Below, piece after piece: positions 13,139-24,065 of a stretch of DNA of 35,954 bases. Origin of the DNA: Nemertoderma westbladi (Eukaryota; Animalia; Xenacoelomorpha). Under the pieces are notes generated by a model. That model was not told where the DNA came from, made no database searches, and saw only the letters and a list, made by a program, of their open reading frames with translations. The translations under genes were made by a program, and so were the position numbers. Position 1 is the first letter of the stretch. Each line of letters opens with the position of its first letter. The stretch covers positions 1-35,954 of the forward strand of contig JAUCBJ010002813.1 of assembly GCA_032718475.1 (NCBI GenBank). Reading direction: 5' to 3'.

Positions 13139-13965
13139 ATTATGTCTGTTTTAAGGATAAATAATAAAATTTACGGGAATAAATTTAAATTCATCTCTTT
13201 TAATGAATTTGATAAATTGTCATTTTTATACAATTTATAACATTCCCAAAATTCCATTAATTAATAGATCATGGGAGCGGAGATTCACCCTATTAAGTGT
13301 ATTAGTGTGCGAGAATCTCCAATATATAGTTATAGTCAAAAGCCGATAAAATTCATAAAATCATGCATAAGGGAGATATTGACAATTAAAGAATTACTAT
13401 TAAATAGCATCCCAGATCTGTATGCATGAGAATTACCCTAATTCTACTGCTAGCTTTCCATAATGTCACCATGGCAACAACCACGCTAGAATTAGAAGTG
13501 AGTTAAAAGAACAATAAAGGCTTGCCCCATTGAATAGCATAAGGAATAAATAGCACACTGCTAGTATACAAGGATACCCAATAATAACGTGGCATTCTGG
13601 AAGGCACTTGACTAACGGACAAATGGCCCGAATGTGTGCGGTTTGTGACAGTTGTGTGGAATTTGTGCGTTTATAGGTGAATGTTACTACTAAAGTGTGT
13701 TTACAGTAGCGAGTCGCAATTGTGAAAGTAGCCCTAACTCTGCAGTAAGAACCTGAAGTAAATCTTAGCCCTTGGGACGGACAGTGGAGTGACTCGCGCT
13801 GGTTGTTGTTGTCGTTGTGCAGCTACTATGTTGGCGATAGGCACATTGGCGACAGTACATCAGCGCTGAGGATCTTGCGCTGTCCGGGGGCCGAGAGGGG
13901 TAGGCAGCGACGCCCGCTAGCCTAATTATAACTAATTATAATATTGATAAACTCATATAGCAGCT

Positions 13966-15516
13966 ATGACTGAGTTGATATAAGATGATCTTGGTATCAG
14001 GGAGCGATATACTCTACCGTTGCAAGTTTTTGTTGATAGCTTAATACGCGGCGACGCTAGTCCAACTACTACGGAGGACGATGGTCGTTATATCGAACCG
14101 CCAATGTCCCAGGAGCAACTCACTCGTGAATTGGACTATCGAAAATTCACTGCTAGCTATACGCATCGTAATGGTACGCATATGGACTTCTTAACTACTG
14201 GTCATCCTATCGATTTATACGATACGGACGATGTCGACACCGAAAGGGAAATAGTCCTATTTAAATATCATACCCAGCGGAGTCGGAATGATAAACTGAG
14301 AATCGAATGCGAAAATTATATTCGAAATCGACTTGAAAGAGAAGACGTTAAAGAACTGGATAAACGCAGTGACTCCAAAGATATTTGGAATTCTTGAGAG
14401 AAACATTGTAAAACTAAAGAAAGATCACCCGCGTTTCCCCTACAAGACGTGCGTCTTTGGTATTATTGCAATGAATGCCCAAGACCCAACCAACAAACGG
14501 AAGGACATAAACATCCGCGGAGACGTTGTTCTAATCACAGTTTTACTCGCTATATTTACGGGAGTTTCGAGCGAAACTTGTTCAATGTATCACCTACGCT
14601 CGCTCGACTCAAACGATCCTTAAATAAACCTATGATCAGAGTTCCGGAATACTCGGTCAGACCTCCTCACTCCCTAGTGAGACCTCAGACTCTTGATCCT
14701 AATAGTATCACGGATCCTCCCGAACTGTACTCACTGTTCAAAGATCTAGTGTTACACGAACAATTAGTCGGTGGCACTCTGGTTGTGGGCTCCCTAAATA
14801 TTCGCCCATCTTACCAAGCCGGATTGGGACGCGGACATCTAATATCGCCATTCAACCGTATCATCGTCCCGGTTTAACCCGATACAACCTGTCACTGAGG
14901 TGGAGGAGAGAGTTGTACGAAACGCGTTGGACACTATTCGTCAAAAGATCGGAAAAGGAACCTAAAATTGTTTAGAGAAACGTAAATTGCAGCAACAAGT
15001 CCAAGCGGTAAACGAATTAGCTTTATCTCAGTTCGATCAGGAAATCCAGAATCTATAAGAAGATATCGAACTTGGACGACTCTACTTTCTGCAAGAGTTT
15101 TGGACGATTGCTTTCAACGACAAGCGGAGGAAAATCAGCTCAAGGAGAAGCATATCGATCCCGATAGAGCCTGAGAACGCGAGTTGGAAAGAACCATTAA
15201 ACCGAGGAAGTTTCTTACTACTCACGGTCCACCTACCGCTATCGTTCAGACGACTCGTCAGGGACCAGTAGGAGCTGCTGTCCTAAAACGTGCTCTAAAG
15301 GCCGTTAGACCTCGCTCCACTGAAGTAGATATTGATCAACCAGGTACCTCGACCGGCGGATACACCGACCGTAATCCTAAACCTTCCGATGCAATTGTAT
15401 TGCACCCTTCACCCAGGAGTTATAGCCCTCCTAGTAAAGTGGCTCGCCCCAAAGAGAAAAGGACTCTTTCTAGCCTCAAAAAACTGCGTAAACACCGTCC
15501 GCGCAAGAAAGACTAA
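13966..15516 (+). pseudogene. Decayed extra ORF of the BEL element (~515 aa, unknown function, not env-like)
   Basis: ATG at 13966 is in frame with ORFs 14020, 14449 and 15184. Stops at 13981, 14395 and 15172. A coiled-coil-like segment (~14876-15100) is in another frame with TAA at 14963 and 15056. Cys/His cluster CNEC..HKH..CSNH and a basic C-terminus ending just before the PPT. Confidence 0.7.
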
Positions 15517-15586
15517 CTGTTTAGAGTATTTTTATATTTTAGAAACTGTGATTTTTTATATTTTATAGAATTAAATCCCATTTTCT

Positions 15587-15594
15587 GGGAGCGG
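15587..15594 (+). promoter_or_regulatory. Polypurine tract (plus-strand primer)
   Basis: GGGAGCGG immediately before the 3' LTR. Confidence 0.75.
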
Positions 15595-16774
15595 TGTAAA
15601 GGCTTTTGCGGATCTAGCTAGTCATTTTCCCCGCAAAGTACTCTGTAGGTGTTTTAGCGGACATAAAAAGCCGTTTTCTTACTGTGTAGGTGTTTTAGTG
15701 GACATAAAAAGCCATTTTTCTGTATGTGTACTTTAGCGGACATAACAAGCCATTTTATGCCGCAATACGCCAAAATACTCTTAATACAGTGTAGTTCAGA
15801 TGACGACATCTACCAGCTGATATGTTGACGTGGAGCTTTTGGCTTTCTTTGTTCAGGCTCACTCACTCGACCAATCAGAGCGATTTTCATTTTATTTGCA
15901 CAGAAGCCTCCGGGAAATCGCGCAATGCATTATGGTCTTTGTTTACCTTTTTTCCTGAGCCCAGAACATCGGCTTTGGAATTATTCTGTGTTTCAGACTT
16001 TAGCCAAACATTAGAACGGCTTTGATCATAGAAACGTATAACTGTTATCAAACCTGATCACATACAAGCAAATCAACTCAATCTTTCACCGCATTATTTT
16101 ACTGCTATTTACTGTTGGTTATTAATTGTTATCAGTTGATGGAATGTTGTTATATTTGGAGAATATCGATAAATTACCATAAAAACCCAATCTTCTTGAT
16201 ATACTGAAGGTTAGAGAGACCGGTTACATATAGCAATTGCGACTTACATTATAGTGGTTTTGGAGTGAATTGAATGCTATTTCATAGACCCTACATGTGT
16301 CAGTTGCTGTTCTCCTTATATATGACTAAAATTAGTGAAGGTCGGCAGATCAGTGTGCAGCAGTGTGCGGTAGTTTGCATGAGTGTGATAGATAACAAAG
16401 CATTTCCTAAAGAATGCGCTTTATACGAAAATCAATAGCCATCCCGTTGTGTTTAGTGTAAGTCATAACTCTGTTTACATACTTAGAGCGCCACGTCCTA
16501 AAGGAACTGTTAATATTTCCCGAAAGTGAATAATATTTGTCAGAGATTATATATTAACGATCAATCGAATAATACAGTAAGTCTACACCGCAATAAGGTC
16601 AGAGCATCCGAATCCAGTCTCCCTTAACAGTGGGTGAATGGTCGCGCATAGGCTGGCTTCGGCTAATGTAACTTTATGTGTATCAAATACTTGTTATAGG
16701 CTAAAGTCGATTTATAATCTAGAAGACACCTAAAATTGGCAGGTTAAACTGCTAAAGGTCTAAAAGCGCGAACA
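15595..16774 (+). repeat. 3' LTR (1180 bp)
   Basis: Direct copy of 864-2036, followed by TSD CCCCT. Confidence 0.97.
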
Positions 16775-17475
16775 CCCCTAATTATCACTTGCTAAGGATG
16801 GTGGTCTTTCCTTGGCAAGGATCTGTTGAATACACGTTAAGTTATTGAAATTGACAGAAAAAATGTCCCATAATGTATATACTGAACTTTACTATACTGA
16901 ACGCTACAAAGTAGTACTTTGCAGCGTTACGAGTAATTCACCAGAACGCGGAAAAGATGATATAATGTAACAAAATTAGTATCACCAGGGAGAAATCGAT
17001 TACAGAAGATTTTTGAGCCAAGATTTGAAAAATAGTTTTGTCCTAAAAAAAAAATAAACTACACTGCGTGAGCGCCTGGGCTTTGCTTTAAAATTTGGCC
17101 AAAAATATACGCGGTTTCGGTTATTTTGACACCTTTTAAGATAAAAGTCAAATCATTTTAAAAATGTGTCATAACTTCTAGATGATTGGCATTGCCGTAA
17201 ATGTGTTTTAAAGTTTGCTTAATTTTTAGGTTCTGGGGGGCTATTTAAAAAAGGGCCTAGTAACCAAAGGGTTAAAAACACATCACAATTTCTCTCCCAG
17301 AGGTAATTCATACAAATCAGTATAAATGAATTAAATTTTCTTCATCACACAAACAAGACAAATCAATCTTGTTACTGCCTTGTTCCACAAAGGGAACTAT
17401 AGAAGCAATCAAATATATATATATATAAAGGGTACTAATAATATGACTCGGCCTAGTGTTCAATGTGGTCGGCCT

Positions 17476-19300
17476 TGAGTTCATATGTCGCAATCAACAT
17501 CTGACTTATGAAGTAGATTTAGGTAAAAACGGACAGCATTGAATAGTCTGTCCAGGATTTGGAAGTCCCATAGAATAATACTGAATTACAAGGTTCGATT
17601 ATTTAGGACAGCAGTAGAACCAGTACTCATATGGGAGTCAATCCTGGATTCTTACTAACTCCAACAAGCAGCCAGTGCATATTCTTGGGTTTTTGGGTGG
17701 CCTCATGGAGTGAATGCAAAGCAAAGCATGGTGGACAGCCCATGACTTTCTTGAGACGCCTCTTAACCCTATTAGTACCGGGCTATGAAATGCTGTACAA
17801 ATAACGGGGGGGGGGGGGGGGGGCGGGGGGTCATATTGACCCCTCCCTCTAAAATCTACAAATATTAACGAAAACGTCTGATTTTTTGTTTGTACGTAGG
17901 TATCACTAGTCTGGATCCGGCCGAAAAAAAAATTTTCGAAAAAATGTACTGGGGTGGTAATATTGCAGCACCAAAATTACAAGTAGTGCCCAATTTTCAC
18001 AAAATTTGAAAGTTACATTTTTCGGCTAATTGTGTTTCAATACAGGTTTTCTGGGGCGCAAAATACATTGGAAAATATTTAAAAATGATATGATTACCAT
18101 AAATGGCTGTTTAGTCCTCTATGCGTAGGAAATAAATGAAAAAAACAAGTAACCAGAGCTACAAATTCACATTTTCGGGTTTTCTAGGGCGCTGATTCTA
18201 ATGGAATACATTTCAAATATGCCAGATCATTGCTATTTGTATTTTTCAGCGTAATTTGGCAAATTGTGGTGCTAGTACCAAATTTTGTACCCATCACCAA
18301 AAAGTACAAGTTTGCGATGTCTAGTGCTGTTTTAATTTATTCCATCGGATTCAGGACCCTCATAAACCCGTATAACGCAAGAAACAAGATGATACTATCT
18401 AGTGATCAATTTACTCATTTTCCAAAATTTGGTGCTGGCACAAAAATTTTCACCCACCGGCGAAAAATACAAGTTTGAAAACTCTTATGAATTTTTTACT
18501 GATTCCATTGAATTCAGAACCCTAACAAACCCGTATAACGCAAGAAACAAGATGACACAATCAATTGATATATTTGATGGTTTTCAAAATTTGGTGCTAG
18601 CACCACATTTTGCACCCACTTCCGAAAAATACAAGTTTGAGATGTCTAATTCGATAATTATATATTCAATTGAATTCAGAACAGCCATAAACCTCTAAAA
18701 TGCAAGAAATAAATTGTCACAAGTAATTTTATCTATTGAATGGATTTTCAAAATTTCGTGCTAGCACCAAAATTTCCACACAGCACCGAAAAATACAAGT
18801 TTGATACGCTTGGTGCAACTCGTATATATTTCATCGAAACCAGAACCCCAAAAAACCCCAATTGCGTAAAAAACAAGTTTCAAACAATCAATTTACAAAA
18901 TTGACATATTTCAAAATTTGGTGCTGGCACCAAAATTTGGCACCCGCCGAAAAAAACAAGTTTGAAATTTCTAAATCAATTTATATGAATTCCATCCAAT
19001 TGCTAACACCAAAAAACCGGTGTAAATCAAAAATAGAGATGTTACAATTAATATTTAATGAAATGTAATTTTCAAAAAACGTCTCAAAAAAAGTGCCAAG
19101 AGTAGGGTTAAAAAATGGTGCTATAACTCGAAAACTACCAAATATTTTTGAAAACGGTTTTCACTATCTCTAATAAAAAAAACCACGAGGGGGGGGTGTC
19201 ATATTGACCCCCCCCCCCCCCCCCCCCCCCCGGGTTTAATAGGGTTAAAGCACACTGGACTTGAAGATGCGAATGATATAGCAAATGTCAAGGGGGGTAG
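17476..19300 (+). mobile_element. Decayed RTE-type non-LTR retrotransposon 3' fragment, split by a TTAA element
   Basis: Translates as ALNSLSRIWKSHRIILNYKVRLFRTAVEPVL/YGSQSWILT. GGQPMTFLRRL continues across the TTAA site as LKHTGLEDANDIANV, resembling the RTE ORF C-terminus. Confidence 0.75.
17767..19244. mobile_element. Non-autonomous piggyBac-like element (1478 bp)
   Basis: TTAA on both sides (17763-66, 19245-48). Ends CCCTATTA..CCGGG / CCCGGG..TAATAGGG. Subterminal palindrome gggtcatattgaccc near both ends. Internal diverged ~140-bp tandem units at ~18250-19040. No transposase. Confidence 0.88.
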
Positions 19301-19594
19301 GTAGTTGTGGCGGCGCAATTTTGTCGACAAGCCGGCACAGTATTCTTAAATGTATCATGCAAGATATATTAAAATGCAGCTACAATGCAGCATGTCGATA
19401 GTAGTAGTAGTAGTAGGTAAAAAATATAATTCACCTTGATTGTTTAGCATCACGATAAATAGGGACGTATATTTAGTTAATCTTAACCGCAAATTAAAAA
19501 TCACTAAAATCACAAAATTGCACCATATGTTGTAGTTAAGGAATCATAATCATGAGGTAATGTCAATTCGAAAGCTACATTTATTAAAAAAACA

Positions 19595-19865
19595 TCAAGA
19601 ATCTCTCTTGTTAACATTATTATTACTTCTTTTATCCAATCCGAATTCAGTAAACTGTTCCGTATGGTTGGCCTGGGTGCTGATGTCTGCCGCATCGGCT
19701 GACGTGTGAACTCTGTTCGGAGACGAGGAACCCCGACTCTGGTTCCTCCACAGCGCCGCGTACAAACTCCTTGTATCCTCTATGAGCTCGCGATGACAGC
19801 CTCTCTCCACAACGCGACCTTCGTTAAGAACAAGGATCTCATCAACATCAACAACGGTAGATAGT
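19595..19865 (-). CDS. ABCB7: ABCB7/ATM1-like transporter, terminal coding exon
   Basis: Acceptor tacag|ACTATCTACC in phase 2 completes [31 protein letters not shown]...YAALW. TGA at 19595-97. The 5' boundary is ambiguous because the acceptor is repeated up to 20195. Confidence 0.88.
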
Positions 19866-20208
19866 CTGTAAGGGAGTAGAAAAACGGTAGATAGTCTGTA
19901 AGGGAGTAGAAAAACGGTAGATAGTCTGTAAGGGAGTAGAAAAACGGTAGATAGTCTGTAAGGGAGTAGAAAAACGGTAGATAGTCTGTAAGGGAGTAGA
20001 AAAACGGTAGATAGTCTGTAAGGGAGTAGAAAAACGGTAGATAGTCTGTAAGGGAGTAGAAAAACGGTAGATAGTCTGTAAGGGAGTAGAAAAACGGTAG
20101 ATAGTCTGTAAGGGAGTAGAAAAACGGTAGATAGTCTGTAAGGGAGTAGAAAAACGGTAGATAGTCTGTAAGGGAGTAGAAAAACGGTAGATAGTCTGTA
20201 AGGGAGTA
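19853..20208 (-). repeat. 30-bp minisatellite, 12 copies, each a complete 3' splice site plus exon start
   Basis: Minus-strand unit tttctactcccttacag|ACTATCTACCGTT. Copies are identical apart from the two edge units. Confidence 0.95.
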
Positions 20209-20930
20209 AAAAAAAGTAGTTGTTTCATGAAATACTATAAAATATAATAACTACTTATATATTTAGTATTTCATGGTTGTTTTTATTTCTTACATATTTA
20301 ATTTCGCTCTTTCTTTCGAAATATTGAGAAATATTATTGTACTGACAGGTCACCTGTAGAGAAAACGTATAAGTAAAAAAAACATGTAAAGTTAGTGATT
20401 TATTTCCCGCGCGATAACCCTCGGAACTATACTTTCTGGATGAAACTTGTATTCACTTAGCGATCGTTTATTGTCTAGTCCAATAAATATTGGGCATTGT
20501 GATAACAACAACAGAAATTAATTCACAATAAACGAACCCAGAACGCACCAATACCCCACCCCAATACAATACAATTGAAGCGGTGATATGCAGAAGGGTG
20601 TCAAGATGCCAAAATGGACAAAAATGAGAAAAATTGAAAAAACTTAATAACACCAAAAACTTTCAATTTACATCAATACAATTTTCTAAGATCTAAGATC
20701 TACTATCTTTTGGTGGTTTTTAAGTAAAATAATAGCTATCCACCACCACCATTATTATTGGCAAAAATTTTGAAATGTAAAAAAAGATACACCTTATTTA
20801 CCTCTATAAAAATATACACCTTTTTTTTCAAGCACTGCCATGAAATAGTATATTTATAGCTGAGAGTTACAACATTTTTTACTTTCAGCAGGTACGCAAA
20901 AATTTTAATAACAAACTCTACATAAATTTT

Positions 20931-21140
20931 GGTGTAATATTATGGTTTTGTTCAGAAGTGGAAAAAATTAGAAAGCGCATCACCGGGGGTTGAACCAGCG
21001 CTATAATTTATTATCGCTAAATATTATAGCGCTGGTTCAACCCCCGGTGACGCGCTTTCTCATTTTTTCCACTTCTGAACAAAACCATAATATTACACCT
21101 TTAATTACAGTTGCAACAGCTCATCTCCAATTTATTTAAT
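20931..21140. mobile_element. Hairpin repeat, copy 1 (~169-bp palindrome plus ~40-bp tail)
   Basis: ggtgtaatattatggttttgttcag...ctgaacaaaaccataatattacacc. Direct repeat tacataaattttggt at 20919-20933 and 21141-21155. A second copy starts at 23877. Confidence 0.75.
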
Positions 21141-21442
21141 TACATAAATTTTGGTTGCGCACAAGACTGTGTATATTTTTTGTGGCGTTTCGATCACGGG
21201 GTCACTAAAAAATAGCGGTTTTGAAAATTTAAAGTCTAATGTCACTGATGTCAACTTGTCGAGTATGCACCAACTTTTTTATTTGGGCTATTCAGTCATT
21301 TGAGCAACATATTTGTACCTCAGAATCTTTTCAGTTATCGCCAATCTCGCACAGAACGTCGCCAAAATGTGTTAGTCCGGCAAAAAACCGCACTAATTCG
21401 CCTAAAAGAGTAAATTATTTGGTTGCAGAATAATATGATTCA

Positions 21443-21777
21443 ACTAGAAAAGCCAGCCAGCTGGCTATAAAGAGACCGTCCCTATAGACAAACGTAGTGT
21501 TAGCTGTCGGGGTAAAACATTATACAAACTAACAGTTGATGTTTGATTACTGTCTCGGTTAAGTGAGAGAGTAATAAATTTGGCAACTTCTCTGCAGTTT
21601 GGGCCTATCCATTCAATAAATAGTAGTAGCTTACTAGGCCCACATGAGTACCAGCAACTGGTGTTTCTATCGTTGAGTTGATGGCAATTATCGTGTTTTC
21701 ATTTTCGCTCACTCAGGGTACTGCGGTACTGGTTTGAGGGGCAGGTTCGTTTAAAGCCAGCTTGCTGGCTTTCTAGT
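21443..21777. mobile_element. Short element with CTAG termini and inverted ends (MITE or Helitron/Helentron-like)
   Basis: actagaaaagccagccagctggct ... agccagcttgctggctttctagt. Confidence 0.6.
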
Positions 21778-21844
21778 AGTTATGAGCATTATAATACATA
21801 CATATAACGGTAATATACATATAATAATAATGTGAGAACTTTTT

Positions 21845-22045
21845 GAGTGGTGAGATTCAAAAGGGTATTTTGGCAGTTCACCCCTTTTCCACTAACATCA
21901 AAACCACCATTATTTTTACATTAACTTATTTCGTTAATAAACAGAGATATGGTATAGCTGACGCAGCCAAGCGGTGTTTTTTACCCCAGAAAATATATTA
22001 AACTCGAAACCGCAAAAAAGGACTCCCTTTTGTATCTCGCCGCTT
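21845..22045. mobile_element. ~200-bp MITE
   Basis: Left end gagtggtgagattcaaaaggg versus right-end reverse complement aagcggcgagatacaaaaggg. Confidence 0.55.
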
Positions 22046-22155
22046 AAATTGTTTACTTCCACTTAGCTACTATTAAAACACTAGATTCTAGATATAGTCT
22101 GACTAGTTAATAGTCGTGTTGCACCAGTGAGCGTTGAACAGACGAGGGTACGTAC

Positions 22156-22321
22156 CTGTGTGCGATAAATAAAGTGGTTTTATTTCCGGTAATTTTTTTC
22201 ATTGACGCCATAATGGAACGCTCAGTAATGCTGTCCAGAGATGATGTGGCCTCGTCGAATATCACCAACGTGGGGTCTTTCAATAAAGTTCGCGCTATAG
22301 CTACCCTCTGCTTCTCTCCAC
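22156..22321 (-). CDS. ABCB7: ABCB7-like exon (ABC signature end, Walker B, H-loop)
   Basis: cag|GTGGAGAGAAG...CACAG|gtacg. Encodes [25 protein letters not shown]. Phases 1 and 2 fit the neighbouring exons. Confidence 0.95.
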
Positions 22322-22660
22322 CTGTGGTAAACAACAACAAATACATCAGCATCGTATATTAAGTAAGATTTGCTTGCAAAAAATAGTTTCCGACTATCGA
22401 AAAACGAACATATCTAAAAATTTCTGAAGCACTCGATTTCGGCGAATACCGAAATTTAAGGCCAAACGGGGAATGTTATTGACAGGTTCAGATCGTAGAT
22501 CTCGGGGATGGTGAGGAATAGTCCGATATCGGATATACCATACCATGTTCAAAAATGACTGAATGCTTGCTTATGCATTCTAGGGATTGGACAAGCAAGA
22601 AAGGTCGTACTGACGCTCTAATATCTAAAGGCATTCCTCAAAACGTCAGGTGATTTACAT

Positions 22661-23640
22661 GAGAGTTTGAGACCCCTCTCCTCTCTCCAATCAACCACTG
22701 TCTAGCATAGCGACCTACCTGAGAGTTTGAGACCCCTCTCCTCTCTCCAATCAACCACTGTCTAGCATAGCGACCTACCTGAGAGTTTGAGACCCCTCTC
22801 CTCTCTCTAATCAACCACTGTCTAGCATAGCGACCTACCTGAGAGTTTGAGACCCCTCTCCTCTCTCCAATCAACCACTGTCTAGCATAGCGACCTACCT
22901 GAGAGTTTGAGACCCCTCTCCTCTCTCCAATCAACCACTGTCTAGCATAGCGACCTACCTGAGAGTTTGAGACCCCTCTCCTCTCTCCAATCAACCACTG
23001 TCTAGCATAGCGACCTACCTGAGAGTTTGAGACCCCTCTCCTCTCTCCAATCAACCACTGTCTAGCATAGCGACCTACCTGAGAGTTTGAGACCCCTCTC
23101 CTCTCTCCAATCAACCACTGTCTAGCATAGCGACCTAACTGAGAGTTTGAGACCCCTCTCCTCTCTCCAATCAACCAATGTCTAGCATAGCGACCTACCT
23201 GAGAGTTTGAGACCCCTCTCCTCTCTCCAATCAACCACTGTCTAGCATAGCGACCTAACTGAGAGTTTGAGACCCCTCTCCTCTCTCCAATCAACCACTG
23301 TCTAGCATAGCGACCTAACTGAGAGTTTGAGACCCCTCTCCTCTCTCTAATCAACCACTGTCTAGCATAGCGACCTACCTGAGAGTTTGAGACCCCTCTC
23401 CTCTCTCTAATCAACCACTGTCTAGCATAGCGACCTACCTGAGAGTTTGAGACCCCTCTCCTCTCTCCAATCAACCACTGTCTAGCATAGCGACCTACCT
23501 GAGAGTTTGAGACCCCTCTCCTCTCTCCAATCAACCACTGTCTAGCATAGCGACCTACCCGAGAGTTTGAGACCCCTCTCCTCTCTCCAATCAACCACTG
23601 TCTAGCATAGCGACCTACCTGAGAGTTTGAGACCCCTCTC
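22661..23640 (-). repeat. 60-bp minisatellite, ~16.3 units, each the exon end plus 5' splice site
   Basis: Unit GAGAGGGGTCTCAAACTCTCAG|gtaggtcgctatgctagacagtggttgattggagagag. Three copies have GT changed to TT. Confidence 0.95.
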
Positions 23641-23804
23641 TCCAACCAGCGTCTGGTAGCCATCTGGAAATGCATCCATAGTGGCGTCAAGCTCAGCCAA
23701 TCGAGCAGCCCGAAACACCTCATCTTCAGAGGCCTGGAAGTTACCATAGTGGATATTATAGAATACCGTATCATTGAATAACACGCAGTCTTGGGGAACT
23801 ACAC
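23619..23804 (-). CDS. ABCB7: ABCB7-like exon (Q-loop to LSG)
   Basis: cag|GTGTAGTTCCCCAAGAC...CTCTCAG|gtaggt. Encodes GVVPQDCVLFNDT..PDGYQTLVGERGLKLSG. 186 bp, phase 1/1. Confidence 0.95.
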
Positions 23805-23876
23805 CTGTGTATGTATTATGAATTAACATTATATTATAGTATGTAGAGTACCGGTAATCCTCTCATTATATATTTC

Positions 23877-24065
23877 AGATGCAATATTATGGTTTTGTTC
23901 AGAAATGGAAAAAATGAGAAGTGCGTCACCTGAAAGTTGAAACGTACGTATAGCGCTGGTTCAACCCCCGGTGACGCGCTTTCTCACTTTTTCCATTTCT
24001 GAACAAAACCATAATATTACATCTTTAATTACAGATGCATTAACAGCTCAACTCCAATTTATTTA
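23877..24065. mobile_element. Hairpin repeat, copy 2
   Basis: Same palindrome and tail (tttaattacag.tgca..acagctca.ctccaatttattt) as copy 1. Imperfect flanking repeat attata(t)atttca. Confidence 0.72.

Larger units (their letters stand above)
864..16774 (+). mobile_element. Full-length BEL/Pao LTR retrotransposon (15.9 kb), coding-defective
   Basis: Two near-identical LTRs starting TGTAAAG and ending GCGAACA. 5-bp TSD CCCCT at 859-863 and 16775-16779. Internal order gag-PR-RT-RH-IN with BEL-type motifs. Confidence 0.97.

Noticed and set aside
16880-17310. Short palindrome (aacgctacaaagta..tactttgcagcgtt) and a piggyBac-like end (agggttaa at ~17268-17275)
   Set aside because: No partner terminus or TSD. 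Probably old TE fragments.
19848-20228. 126-aa (TPLQTIYRFS)n ORF
   Set aside because: Product of a stop-free 30-bp unit, and not in the ABCB7 frame.
22638-23774. 378-aa repeat ORF, and a CRISPR-like look of the 60-bp and 30-bp arrays
   Set aside because: The ORF is an off-frame read of the minisatellite. Units have no variable spacers, there are no cas genes, and the context is eukaryotic.
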